Shown: positions 14,122-28,589, counted from the first letter of the stretch. The stretch is DNA of 64,000 nt from Ophelia neglecta (GCA_965285935.1 OZ260662.1:120280001-120344000); one strand, 5' to 3'. Notes: generated by a model not told the origin, from the sequence alone. Numbers and translations: made by a program.

Positions 14122-14907
14122 TGGGTCTGCGCGGCGGTGGTCCTTCGGGGGTTGGCTCTAGTTTCCGTGCCTCTCCTGGCGGGCTGCCTCTGTGCGGGCC
14201 CATCGGTTTTTATGTGCTGGTACTGTTGGCCTCATTTGCATTTGCATCCAGACACGATCCCTTGGATGTGTTTTTATGTCTTTTACATAAAGGTGCTCCG
14301 GTAAATCACCTGCATGCCCTCTTGTTTGTATTGCCTTATGTATTCTTAATAACAAATGTATATTCTCTTATTGAATTGAGTTGTGATTGAGATAATTTAT
14401 GCCTCTTTGCATTCCAAGCAGTAACCTTTAAAAGGTTGACTTATCTATATAAATATAGCATTTAACATTGCATTCACCTACTTTGTTTATCCCTGACAAT
14501 ACACTACAATATATTGTAATGTGAAAATATTTAAATGTATCCTAGTGTCCTTTTTTGCCTTCTTCTTCTGGGTGGCTCCCATGCTAGCGTGTGAACAACA
14601 CTTAATGAGAGTCTCCCTGGCCAAATGTCTACATCATAATGTCATACTAATTTTATATATAAACGTGTATATGCGTTACATGTACATTACATGTCTCATA
14701 CTTGATCTCTTATTCGTGTATTTATTCTATAATTCCATATAGTATACATCATAATGTCTTACAAATTTTATATCTAAACGTGAGTATATACGTTACTTAT
14801 ACGTTACATGTCTGCTACTTGTTATCAAATTCATGTACTTATATTATGATTTCATATTGTATTCATTGTGGTCTGAATAAAATGTTCTGATTCTGATTCT
14901 GATTCTG
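11707..14907 (+). mobile_element. 5'-truncated non-LTR retrotransposon (L2/Crack/CR1 group): end of APE endonuclease, RT, C-terminal Cys motif, ~790-nt 3'UTR, AATAAA and (TTCTGA)4 tail
   Basis: TLIDNF...SDH (endonuclease end), NYRPIS, QYGFR, DLSKAFD, GVPQGSILGPLLF, YADD, FNFLG; tail aataaaatgttctgattctgattctgattctga at 14876-14907. Confidence 0.95.
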
Positions 14908-17556
14908 AAGCAAGTTCCTAAAGTATCACTGAACTGCATATATATAAATATCGATTCCCGTAGTATAAAATGTGATTTTAACTTAACAATAAAACTTTCC
15001 TAAGGCAAAATCCCCTTTCCATTCATCCATTGCGATGACTATTAGAATAAAATCAAAATGCCTGAAGTGGTTCATAAATATAATTGACAGTCCTGGAGAT
15101 GAATTCTGAACAATGGATCACAAACCCTAGAGGGGGTCATGCACAATGTGATCACATACTCGAGACATCCACTAGAAATGTAGCCTGTTGGACTAGAACT
15201 AAGTACCGTTTCCAGCCCGATCCCGCCCAATTGTAGCCCTCCTAGATTTAGTGCTCATTCGGCATTACGGCATCAGACCTAAAGAGATTACAAAGCTATT
15301 TGCTGAACGCGTCTCAATCATTCAGGCACCTTTACTGAAATAAACTTCAGTTTCTAGGCTATAAACATTAATAGGTATAAAAAGTGAGTGCGGCCATTAG
15401 AAGAAAGATAAGGGAATGGATACCCGACAGACAAAGCAAACTTATCAATCCAGAATGGTCCTCTTTGTCGGGCCAAAACGTCAGCAACCATTAATCCCCA
15501 GCTTCCAGGTAAACCCTGAATGGTATCAACATGAATTGCTTTATTGACAGACGCATTGGTATGGTCTTACCGCAGGCAACTTTAGCATACTGGAGAACTT
15601 GTGGTAGGGTATTTAGTTGAGGTGGTTGTAGGTATTTGGTGGTGGGGGTTGGGCGGGGGCGGTTCTATGGGGGCGGGGTAATGGAGGTGTTAGGTCAGAG
15701 GGGGTGTGCTGGGGCCTAGGGGGGCAGGAGGAGGGGGCGTCCCCCGCTGGTATTCGTTTGGGCATTTGGATGGCTCCTTCTGTTTGGTTAGTTTAGAGGC
15801 GTTTTGTACACAGTTGTTGCAGGTAATTTGGATAATCGTATTTACTTTTTTAAACAATGCATGAAAGAATACTAATAACGTTATTGCAATATTAATGCAA
15901 ATATAAAATTAAATCAATAGCATTATTACATTATTTTTAAGCAGTGTATTTTCACCTAGAGTAACGTTATAGCTAATGTTATCGCCATCTAGCCACGACA
16001 AGCCTGGCCATTACATAGACATGTATAACTCAGACCCATTTGTTCTATTGACTAGTGAGTGTGTTTGTAGTAATGGTCAATACCCATCTGTCACTAACCC
16101 CTCAGACCGCACTGGGTCCGTATTGACTTACACCACACATTGGCGCAGGTCAATTCAATACGACGGTGTATCCCTACTCGACATAGCACAGCACAGCTCC
16201 TACAGTCAAGGCAGGCTGCCTGTCTGCCTATAACAGACATCAATATCAATCAGCAACTTCAGACAGATCTTTGTATAAAACGTACACTCACTTATTTTTA
16301 CTGATATCATTAACGGAAGATAATAAATAGATACTTAATTTTTATTTTCAGGAGTTAGGTTCAAGGACATGATTAAATTCATAAGAGCTGGCATGTACCT
16401 ATTTTTTCTTTTTATAATTTAAGGGACTCACGCATTAGGCGAATAGTATGTAACAATAATATAACTATAACATAACACGTGAAGTGCAAAATAATATCCT
16501 ATTGATCCACCTGAACCACAACACCCAAGTGTTTAAATAAAGATTTATGGATACTTGTGCCCTTCACAGGGCTTAATGATAACAGCGCTGTGCCATATTT
16601 TAACACCAATTTCTTCTTCATCAAAGCTGTTAATGCGGCCAGGTTGTAATTAATGAATATTTGAATGGGGAGGAGAGGGAGGGGATAGCAAAGACTCTGT
16701 TTTCTCCTTAATGGACTGTATATCTCTGTCAGGGACATCGGTGATCAATCTGATCACGAGATAATAAAAATTCTTTGACACTGGGTTGTAAATATTTTTA
16801 TTTGGTATTCTACGGTTTCCCATAACTGAAATAAATGTAAAATAGCTCGGTTAAAGAAGAGCTGCTTGATTTAATACGGAGTGGACAGCCATAATCAACG
16901 AAAACCACAATAGCATATAATGGCGCTGAGCTGTTCATTCTTCGTAATTGAATAGATCTAAACGGACACACAGCCAATAACAGATACAAAATGGGCTAAT
17001 GGTTGGATTGCGGTGATAGTGGTGCTTCAGGTTAGTCAAATGGCTAGTTAATGATGCTTCTACTGTTTATTACATATCTACAGTGGAGGCACAAGCATCT
17101 GTTGGGCAGGTGATATTGGTGGTTATGTCTAGGACCTTAGTCCTTATTGTTATTTCACAATCTGATAATCTTTGCGATGAGGGGTCAACAGTGTTCCAGT
17201 GAGTCGGTGGTACAGGGCGGGGCGAAAATAAAACCTAACAATAAACTACGGCTTTTGTGGTACATCCTATATGTTTGAACGGTGAAATTGACAGGCTGGC
17301 AACAATACATTTTGGACACATGCCATCTCCACATATTGTTTGAAACCAAGCCATTAGCAATAATAAATGGCCAGTGGACTGAACATACTGAACAATATAA
17401 ATAATACGACAATCTATTATCGTCAGAGGGTGGATCGCATTTACTGCCGTCGCTATAGATTATCCCAGAAGGATCATTTCGGACTGTGGTGTATATTTGA
17501 TTTTTCTATTTGTATAGATTCAATAAAGATGTATTGGTTTACTTCACAGCAAAGGT

Positions 17557-17722
17557 TAAGTGACATACACTAGGGTAAATGTCAACTCTCAAGTGACATA
17601 CATCTGAGTAAATGTCAACTCTCAAGTGACATACATCTGAGTAAAGGTCAACTCTCAAGTGACATGACCAGAGTAAAGGTCAACTTTCAAGTGACATACA
17701 CCGGTGTCAATGCCAAGTGACT
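17557..17722. repeat. ~33-bp tandem repeat (aagtgacatacatctgagtaaatgtcaactctc)
   Basis: About five copies. Confidence 0.8.
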
Positions 17723-18040
17723 TACGCCAATGGTTTAGAGGATATGATTCAAAAAGCAATAAACGACCAAATCTGGAAACACGACATACATGTCTGGGAG
17801 AAAAAAGTCAAATAGTTAGAATGGAACAGTCAGTTAACAAATTAGCAGTGACAATACATTGTCTTCCATGTCCAACTCCAACATACGCCAATGGTTTAGA
17901 GGATATGATTCAAAAAACAATAAACGACCAAATCTGGAAACACGACATACATGTCTGGGAGAAAAAAGTCAAATAGTTAGAATGGAACAGTCAGTTAACA
18001 AATTAGCAGTGACAATACATTGCCTACCATGTCCTACTCA
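17723..18040. repeat. 161-bp near-perfect tandem duplication (2 copies)
   Basis: tacgccaatggtttagagg... starts at 17723 and 17884. Confidence 0.92.
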
Positions 18041-21000
18041 TTTCACCAATGAGTCAGATCTTCTAATCAACGTATCAACGAATCAAACCATAAAGCATCA
18101 GAACAGGACATTTCTTTCAGACCAGCTACCAACATCAGACCAATATTCAGAAATCAATGCTCATTTTGTCCAATTGCCCTGGGACAAGACCATTACCGGT
18201 TGATTTCTCCGTCAGCAGATCTATTGTGACCGAGAGAATCACATCAGTGATGGCTATACCATTAATACTCACAAGAAACCCAGCCAAATTATGGGATGTA
18301 GTCTCCTTTGCAGGCTTTGTAAGCTTTTATTAGGTTTTCAGCCTCAGTTATAGGGACTTTCATGTGACTGAGGGTTATAAGACAGTCCAGATAATAATAC
18401 TGACAGTATAATTGCACAAATAGGTAGCTGTAGATATGCATGGATATGTATATATCATTTGTACAAAATGAATGTAAAATGAACAACTGGCATTATAGAG
18501 AACAAGTGCATAATTACAACTAAAGAAAAATATCAGCTTATCCCACAACAAAGAAAACCAACACCAAATGGCGTATTTTTCCTATCAGTAGCAAAAACCA
18601 ATAAGCATTACTCTGTATATTTACAAGAACAATATGCAAGTCAAATAATAATAATAAAAAGAGTTTAGAAAAATTGGGGGAGGTTACAGTATTGGGATGG
18701 TGTTGGTCAAAAGACACTCCCTTGTCACTTTTTAAACACAATATAAACGAAATGTAATTTCGTTTATATAAACGAAAGTATAATTTAGAAACACCCACTC
18801 ATTCTCAGATATCATTACTACGATGTTCAGGGTTAGACAGCAATCGCAGATGGCGTAGAATTTAGCATTGTTCACTTTAACTCAAACATTCTCTGAAGTC
18901 CATAAAATTATCAAGTCAGTGACCAAAGGAAACATCTATGACCATAAATAGTTCAATAAAACTACGCCTATAACAGCAAATCGATGCTTGGCCGAATATG
19001 ACTAAACACGTAAACAAAATATGAATTAACTTGCAACGAGATGTTGTCAATAGTTTTTCGTAATATGATTTCAGCACACAAAAAATGATTTAGGGATTAA
19101 AATAGTGCATAGACGAAAACAGTTGAACTGAGATATTAGATATATTGGGGTTTGATGGACCCGTATACTCATTCAATTTGGTATTCCGGTCACCTGGTGC
19201 ACACTGTATCCCATAATTCTGTGCTGAAAATAACTGATGAGTGATTGAATCCTTATCGCCAATTAATTGCTCATTTCAGCTGTCGGTACAGCCCCTCTCA
19301 CTGTCCTGTAGCTAATGTCAGAGAGTCTCTGGTGAGTCCGATAATGTCACGCCAGGTACCGTTGAATTAGGTAGTTTGTATCTGACGACCTCTTCATGGA
19401 GAAGCCCGGCTCTGGTAATTGCAATCTGTGGCACCTATTTGGAGGTCTTCAGCTGTCCATATAACGGCTTTGTGGTTAAGGACAGTCCTAAAGGGTCCTT
19501 TATTTGCTGGTAATGTCTGTGTCTGGATCCTTTGTTCAGGAGCAAGTCTTGTGCGGACCGGCGGAAAGTCATACAAACACAAGGTTTCACATGCAGTACT
19601 TCAAATTTATTATAGTTAACGGTTTAATTAGCCTACAACAGGTAATACAGAAATGTACATGTAGGTATTAGCATCAGTTTTGTAAGAGAAAGGTTCAACG
19701 AATATGTATCAGCAGGAGTCGGCAGCAGCAGCCCTCAACCATCGAGCAGTTATGTCATTACAACCGGCGGTTTAGCAATAGAGTCTTCAAAAAATATCCC
19801 AACCAAATTTGTCCGTCGCAACCTTAAACTTAAAGTGGGTGACATCATTAGATTCTTCATAAAACCCCCAAAACATATTTAAGTTTATCGTCTAACTTGT
19901 TGACCAATAGAAATAAAAAATACTTTAAAACTAAAGCACCGCTACAATAGTGATTTGATTCCTCTAATACATTTAATGAGACTATGACTGATAACAAAGT
20001 GCCAGCTAAACTCAAACAGGAAAGAAGGACTGCATAAACACCAATATTAAAGACATTCCGTTGTATGGCATGCATGTAAAAAAGGAATTGATACCAAGCA
20101 GACCGTGGAAAACTAGGAATCAGGAATTGTCCGGGGGAAAGTCATAACTTGAATCAGGAAATCAGGGACATAAGCAAGAAATTGAAGCACTTTTTAAGTT
20201 ACTTCAAATAGAATAACTGCCGAGAAGTTTACAGACATCGCGTTCATGAGCTAAAATGTTGTTTTACGGTGCTCCAGCCTCTAATTTCAGAATGGACGAC
20301 AAAATATTTGAAGCGTGTCTCCATATCCAGTTCATGATTGTTTTGTATTTAAACATGACTTAAATCAAAGGGAAGTGTCAGGTACTTTACCGCCATAAGG
20401 GAAATGAAAAGCACTAACGCCCCCAACGATCCCTTGCAATACAGAGATAGTCCCGCTTGGAACACATTATGATAGAGAAACAACATTTTACAATATACTT
20501 GGACCTGTCCATGAACTATATAGAAGTTATGTAGCGAGAAGTGGAGACAGTAGGCAGGGTCCTGGGCTCCTTTAGATGGAGATGACAGCCTGGTTACACT
20601 CAATAGGGCTCAAAAACACATTTGCCATCAAATGCAGCCTGGAATATTTGTGGCACTGACAGTAAACAGCACGAGGAAGAAACTTTCAGACTTTCCCATG
20701 GGTAGAAAATGCATCAGAGGGCCTGATCCATATAGATGTCTGGATAATATTTAAAAGTTGACTCCTATTTGCAATAGCCCTAATTGTCATAATGAAAGGA
20801 AAGAATTTCTACATGCGTGTAAGAAGATTACATGTCCCGCCTTGAAAATCAAAGAACCACGCATAAGCGAGAAGCGATCCCCACCCACACCCCCCTTTTC
20901 CCCTTTTTACAAACTTTTACTGCACATTTGCCCTGCCATTGTACAGAACTAAGTCCACTATTCTGTTATATAAGCAATTATATAAGGGCCTAATGGTATA

Positions 21001-21793
21001 TACTAGTATAATATACCCATTCATCATTGACTGCCTGCTCACAGGGTAAGTGGGAGTTAGTTTTAGGGTGAAATTGGTGCATGCAGTTTTCAACATTTAT
21101 TAAAGGCAATAATTGAGGCACTCTAAACTTACTAGAATGCTGAATTTTAAGGGGCAATTAAAACAAATGTACACGTAAATGAGCATGTCAAAAACACGAT
21201 TCAAGCCTCTAGGATTTAACCACTTTCCATTAATCTTATTAGCTAATACAATCTGAGCAGGAATAATAGTTTCCATTAATAGCCCTGCAGACTAATGCTT
21301 TATTTTGGTTATTTCCATTCCTGTACCGTTAACAGTTTTAAGCAACGGATATAATTTACCCCCCCCCCCCCCTTCTTAATGTAAAAAACATGAAGACACC
21401 ATTCGACGAGTAGGAAAATATCTAGATCCCCCCCCCCCCCCATCATTAAGTTCAACTCCCGCCATAACCCAAAATATGAACTTTCGGGTTAACAGTTTTT
21501 AATAAACGTGAGCCCCAGACATTGAAAAAGGAGAGATAATGAAAAGGACACCAAAAGACACATGCCCAGTGTGTACGTCATTAGTGCCAAAACGTTCATG
21601 GTATCATGGTATGTAGGCTTGTCATAATTATAAGAAAGCAGTTCGTACAGGTAATAATCATCCGTTTGGTATTTATTGGACTAGGTAACAGACGTCTTAT
21701 TAAGTCACCAAGATTTCTGGCTAGAAGGTGCCTTCAACTCGACAGATTGACATACAATGGTACAGACGATCCCCGTATGGTACCAAAATGCAT

Positions 21794-21794
<1 letters not shown>

Positions 21795-21855
<61 letters not shown>

Positions 21856-21875
21856 CAATCAATCAATCAATCAAT
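21795..21875. repeat. (TCAA)n microsatellite
   Basis: About 20 units, one variant. Confidence 0.97.
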
Positions 21876-24098
21876 TCGTACATAATGGTAAAGCTGGCAC
21901 GGGAATGTACATGATATCACAGAATACCAGAGGTTGTCACGGAATGGTAGCGGTAGACACAGATTGGTATAGTCTAATACATAATGGTTCTGATTAATAC
22001 GTGATGTTTCAGGTTGAAATCGTGGGGGAGGATTGGGTTGGGGGTGGGGTGGGAATGGGGGTGAGGGAGGATTGGGAGGGGTATCATTGGCTACGTCTAC
22101 TTTAAGTGTTACATGATGCCATAATTTGTGAAATTCATTCAATCAGTCACCGATCATCTATCAAACGCTTGGCACATCGCAAGCAGCGTGTGAAATGTGC
22201 AAAAAAAATATCCAGATTCAAACAGTGTTTTTCTTCATCTTTATTCGTTTTTGAGACAATTGCGGGACAATATTATAAACAATTGTTCAGAAGAACCCAA
22301 ACTGGCAATAACATGCCTCCCATCAAATTATTGTTGTTCCCAAACTAAATTTCGGTATTAATCCCCTCAACCTTGAGCGCAGCCGATTCCAGTTATTTCG
22401 TCTAGAAGAGAATAATAATACGATAACACAGTTAGAGATATTGCTGATTGGCGTGGGCGGCCTGCAGCGGACGGTTTCTGGTCATTGTGGACTGGTCCAA
22501 TGAACAAGCCTAGATACATCATTTCAACATGTCTACCAGATGCCCTCTTTGTCTTCGGCTATTGGGCTTGGCTCTTTTATAGATTCTACCCGCTGCATTG
22601 AAGAATGGGGACATCAGCTAGATGGCATTCAATTCGTATTCAATAAGTTCTTGTCAGTAACACGGATTTCACCCCAATTGGATCTAATGTCACAAGACAC
22701 ACATATTCTACGTATTTCATCCACGCCAGGCTGCTGCAGAGGCAGTGGTTGGCCATCGGTCAATATCCTTAATATGACTTCCATACCAACAATATGATAA
22801 GCTGTTAGCCAATGACATTCTTGATGGATGACCCGGAATATAATGGTTTGTTTAATGACATGTTGCCCCGTCTTTCCACTTAACAGATTTAACCCCTTCC
22901 TGTAAACAGGTCGTCTATAACTGAGGAGTCTCTATGTCTGGCAGTACGCATCTATCTAACTTTCTGGTCGCTGTACGGGGGAAATGAAAAAAGGCCTTGG
23001 CTAAATCATACATAGAAACGCTTTCTAAGTCTAATCATACAGGGAATTTCACCCCGTCACATTGCATGGTAGGAATAAAATCAATTGGACACTGTGCACT
23101 TGTGATTTCCGACTGCTGTAATCCATCAGGTCGGTAGAGGCTACAATACACGTATAACATAGCACAGGCTGTGGCGCCGGTATTCAGAAGTCCTGTGTTC
23201 TGAGGCAGAAATATCAAGGTTGAATATATCAGGTATGGCACGTTCTTATAACACAGTATCTATTGTGATTTTATATTATTTCTAAATTTTAAGTTACGGC
23301 AAATACTGACAACTCGATCAAAGTAGGCGGCAAATCTTTATTCCGCCATTTTATCTAGGACAATTTTGACCAACATTATTATAGTCTCAAACAAACATTT
23401 AGAAATGTATATTTCAAATGCCTTTAATAAATCAATAATACAAAAAGTATTTGCCGAAGTACGAAGTAATGACTAAGCCATGACTCCCTGGGTCATACAG
23501 TCTGCCTCTTAGTTCACACCATCATCCTGACTCCGAGGTCCATGTGCCTTGAACCCTGACGCCATACGACCAGCTCCTTAGGTCACACCTTCATCCTGAA
23601 CCAGAGGTCACTAAGCGCCGAGCCAGTGTCTTGACGCCTGAACCTGCGCTTTGACTCTGGACAAGCCTAGGACTATTAGGTTTGTTTTTCACTAATGGTA
23701 ATCAGTTCCTGCAAATAATCCCCAGTACTAAAGTACGTTGGTACATTTTACTTGATTGCCATTGACGGTCCATTATTGGTACATACACACAAATGGTCCC
23801 ATCAGTTTATCGAAACAACTTTAGAAAATAAACAAGTGTTCTTGTGATCAAGAGAAAACAAGCAATTAACCAGGCGTTCTATGTACTAATTCAATATCCG
23901 GCGCTTTGCTGTGATTCTGTTTTCTCCTTCTTCCGCCTCTGTGGAAAAGAAACCCAATTTTTTTTCTTGCCCGTATTCTGGTAAAGCCCGTCTGTATAAA
24001 CTAATACAAGTGAAATATTCATGACATTCAAATGTTTAACAAGTGGCCTACCTAGTATCGTCATCTATTATATACCCAAGCCTTTCCTGTGATTTGTT

Positions 24099-24545
24099 CT
24101 GACTCAGACTCAGACTATTTTATTTTGACAAAAAAAAAAAAATAATACAAACATTCTATGAAAAAGTAAAAAAGTGAATAATAACTTAATGTGTACAAAT
24201 CATAAGTAATTAAATAGTTTAATAATAGGTCAGGGAGACCATTTTAAGATCAAAATTGATCGCTATCAAATGGCCACCCTTAAGAAAATTTAAATTAAAA
24301 ATGAAAAATGAAAATTGAAAGGTCAAATTGCAATCAACAATATTTAAAGATCCAAGAGTATGAATGAAAGATAAATACATTAAATTTATTTGAATTGACT
24401 TGAAATAAACCCGCGGCCTTAAACAATCACATCCAGCAAATATAATATATAAATAAACAGTAAATTATTCACTGATAATAAGAGAGCAGATTAAAGGTAC
24501 AGACATCACATACAGAAAATAACCCAACCCTACCCCCCCCCCCTT
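24099..24545 (-). mobile_element. 3'-end fragment of an L2/CR1-group LINE, or a SINE sharing that 3' end
   Basis: The minus strand ends aaaataaaatagtctgagtctgagtcag (AATAAA + (GTCTGA)n tail) and carries the GGGTGGC...TAGCG...CTTA...GTCTCCCTG stem-loop homologous to 14570-14622. The 5' boundary is uncertain. Confidence 0.65.
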
Positions 24546-26264
24546 TCCCCTCTCGTGCGCTTCATTCATACCTCCCTTCTCTCTACTGAGATAAATCCAT
24601 TTGAGGATTGAGGATAGGGGGTCCTCGTTTTTATGTTACTATCACTGAACCAAAAGTTCAGTTCATTTTCTCTCACTTTTATTGCCAAAATATCCTTGAC
24701 ATTTTCATTCACTGCCCGTAGATAAAGCTGCTGGTGTCTGATATCCCTATACCTTGAACCTGTTGTACAGCCCAGTGTAGGACTGGAAAACGAACTCCGA
24801 TAGCCATTTAGTGTAACCTTCAGATAGCAAGCCATTGAGCTCAAGCTGACAAGGCTGGACTATTTTAAAACAGCGCCAAAATTGTTTGGCATTGGTCGAT
24901 ATAGACTGATTTTAGAGCAGCCTCGACGGCTGACACTTTGGTTTGTTTCGGATGGGAGCGAAGAAAACAATCGCAAATCAAGAGCTATTTATTAAATGAA
25001 TCGGTACTGGTTCTTAAGGAACCCCGCAGACCGACAGACGTATTGAATCTGATACACTCCTGCCTCATTCACCAGACCTTCCCAAGTCAAGGTTTTTTGT
25101 GATAAAAAATTATAAATATAAATTTTGGTTTTAAATAAAACCCCATTTTGAAACCAGGTTTATTTTATGACAGTGTTGGAGCCCACCTTAAAGTACCGCC
25201 GCCCCTTACCCCTATCCCTGACACACATTAGAGCACTCAATCTTCCTCGATTTTTAGGACAAGGTCTATTTTCTCCATTGATCGGCACAATTATATTATG
25301 TCACTCTAATAAATGGTCTATTACATTCTTTTGACAAGGGCCTGTAATAAAAAGCGTTAATTTTATTGACTTAGAAAGGCTAATAAATGGGGCTACAAAA
25401 GCACCACATGGAAAAATATGTAGCGAGAATTAAAACCCGACAGACATAACCAGGCATTAATCAAAGATAAACCGTTAAATTCATCGAATATAATAACATT
25501 CTAGTTGTGCTGCCAAATTCTAGACATTAAACGCAATGGATGGTCCTTACTCCGAGATCGCACATGACCAAATTATACCAATCCTGTCCCAAGCTGAATG
25601 GCGGCTATCCAAGTCACGCGGACTAAATCCGTTTATTTATGGAGTGAAGCTCATCACATTGTGTCTCAGTCCTGACTTGGGTCCTAAAGTTAGTCACGTG
25701 GTTAATGACCCGAGTGACCTCTACTGTACACCAAGTATTGTTCGCAAGCAGGAGAATTTGGCGAACCATATTTCACCCTATATTGTCATCGTTAAATCTG
25801 GTGTCTGAGTAGTGCTGAATAAGGCTCGTGTGTAAGTAGTAAGGCTAGACAGTGACGGATGTGACGTAGGCTAACGAGTGCCTTCCATGGAAGGTATGGC
25901 TTCTTAAGGAAATCGGCTACAGGCAATCTTTTAAGCTTGAAATGATCTCCATTATTGTGAAACTTAGCCAGATATCTAGCTTGCAAAAAGAATTGTTTTA
26001 CAATAGTATCCGTCTTTATGGGAAATGTAAATTAAGAATACCAATCATTGGACAGATAATATTGATTACACGAATTTGAGGAGCCTGTCGGAAATGACAA
26101 TGGATTAACCAGGTTGCATGCGTAAAAGAGCTTATACACGTAAAGCACAACATGGTGCGATCTAAGCTAAAATAGTTTGAAAACTTTATGAACTTAGGAT
26201 GATTTTTGCTCAACTGACCAGGTCCGGTGCACCAGGTAGAAATGACCGTAGTTTTGTGGACTAC

Positions 26265-26490
26265 ATATCCTGGAATAAACTGTCCCTAGGACAGTTTAAA
26301 CTGAATAAACAGTCCGGCCGGACAATCAATACCAGTCTTAGATGTCCCGTTAGATTACATATCCTCCAAAAATAACCTAAGTCCTGGGAACCAATGTCCC
26401 TGGTCATGTGTACTGTCCGCGTATTTATTGTCAGACGGACATTTTGTTTGGAAACGGATATATTGTCCACCTTGAAGGGAAGGGACATTT
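26265..26490. repeat. TGTCC/GGACA palindrome-rich repeat (MITE-like); related patch at ~3740-3850
   Basis: Repeated tgtcc...ggaca motifs, e.g. aaactgtccctaggacagttt. Confidence 0.45.
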
Positions 26491-27269
26491 TTTTTAAATA
26501 TTAGAAACAGTACTTCCCACCGTTAAAAATAGCCTACCGATTATTTGTCCGTGGAGATATCTGTTCAGCAGACAGTGTATACGTTTACACCGCTTGCTGC
26601 ATCAAGGTTTCGAAATACTCTTCACGTTATCCGTTACTAGGTAATGGTTCCCGAAGCCCAGTAAAGCAAGTAGACCGGGTGTCATTGGTCTAAAGGGGCT
26701 CCTTTTTATCTGCGCATATCCTTGATTGCCACCTGTAAGGGGCAGAGGACACGTTTATTGCGTTAGAGACACATGCAAATTGCTCCTTGGTGCGTATTGT
26801 CAAGTGATATTTAGTTATCTCTATATCCTTCCTGTTTTTCATTTTGTATATCATGACTATAGTACAGGTTAGTATGGAAGTGAATGTGATATCATTTCTA
26901 TCTGCATTTGATTTCTATATCGTTTTTCATATGGCAATAAACTAATTACTACATATAACTTGTTATCAGTCTCGACTTTATGTGAAGTTACCAGGCCGTC
27001 AGACTTGGTCCCCAGAAACCTTGGATATTGGGGTTCTTATTAAAGGTGAACAGTACAAACCAGTCGCCAGGGGACGCGAATGTCCGCCTAGAATCGGTTA
27101 ATGCCATACAGCCCTTACGTCAATATCCAGATGGCTTTGCCTTTAGATATGTTGTAGTCTCGATGACCGGAGCGCCTTCTCGACCACGTCCATCTTCACC
27201 CAACCACCCACTATCTCCTGGTCCACTCGTGATTGCATACAGGGAACCTGATTGCTGGGAAATGCTCTC

Positions 27270-27590
27270 ACCCCCCCCCCCCACACACACCCCAACACAC
27301 CCGACACACACCCTCACACACACATACCCACTCAGTCACACCCTTACCTGACACACACACACCCGACACACTCACACACCAGACACACACACACCCGACA
27401 CACATACATCCGACTCACACCCGACACACACCCTCACACACACATACCCACTCAGTCACAACCTTACCTGAAACACACACACCCGACACACTCACACACC
27501 AGACACCTATACATCCGACTCACACCCGACACACACCCTAACACACTCTCTCACACCCGGTACAAACCCACACATCCCCACACACAGGTG
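27270..27590. repeat. CA-rich compound repeat with an internal ~120-bp duplication
   Basis: ccgacacacaccctcacacacacatacccactcagtcac at 27301 and 27421. Confidence 0.9.
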
Positions 27591-28589
27591 GCTCATTCCA
27601 TCCTTTTGTTTCAGTATTAATATTAACACCCCACTCAGCATTCCTGAAATATCCCACTAATATACCATCTGTGTTGTACTCCGTCTCATACCAATTACTC
27701 TGAACACTATTGTGGAACGTACATGATTACTTGTAATTACCTTTACATTAAGCCTGGACAAAGACGATCAACCTGACTATATTGGGGTCAGGAGACTATT
27801 TGTCTGGAGAACGTGTAATCAGACTTACCGCAGTATAACACAATATACGTTGATACTCCCTGCAGAATACAGCCGATTAGGCCAGAACTAATAACCGATG
27901 GGAAAAGGTACGAATCTACCACAGCCATACTCAACACAAAACAACCAATGGCCGTTTCCTATTGAGAATATCAATCTTATGTTGAACAGTCTATGTTAAA
28001 GCCCCAATTATTCTTGTGAAAGCAAGACCAAAAAATTCCACTCAGACGTTGATCACTGCTACATTGGAAGGTCTTAAGTTTATAATATCGCTGATAAGGC
28101 AGCTGCATATTAACACTCAGTCTTCAGCATTGCCTAAGTCACAATCCACGAATTATGAATTACAGGGATGGACCAATGTTAATATATGCATATAGAAATG
28201 TCAGGAATCCATAAACCCATAGTCTTGGCATTTTTGAACTCTAGAATAGGTGATGTATTTTTCATATTAAGGCCGCAGCGCGAACTTCACCTTCTCAAAC
28301 GTTTATTATCTCGGCCATTAATGACGCAAATTTTGACAGCAGTGGCGGCGCAGTAGGTTTATCTGACATACAAACAATTAATAGTGTCTATGACGTACGT
28401 TTTGTTTTAAGAACAACTTTTAACATTAATATAACCATAAAAAAAGCTACATTCACTTTTTGTTCATCTAAAATGCATTCAGGTTACGACAGGTGCCAGG
28501 AAGCAACTATTACTAAGAAGCAGTAGTTGGCAGCCGGCATTGATAGATAAAATTATTAATAGAGAATAGTCAATTAAAGCGGTCCGCAG

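Noticed and set aside
11690-14925. Target-site duplication around the LINE
   Set aside because: No matching direct repeat is visible at the two ends
22540-22800. Possible LINE C-terminal remnant on the minus strand (RRICVSCD)
   Set aside because: A single CxxC with no other RT motifs nearby is insufficient
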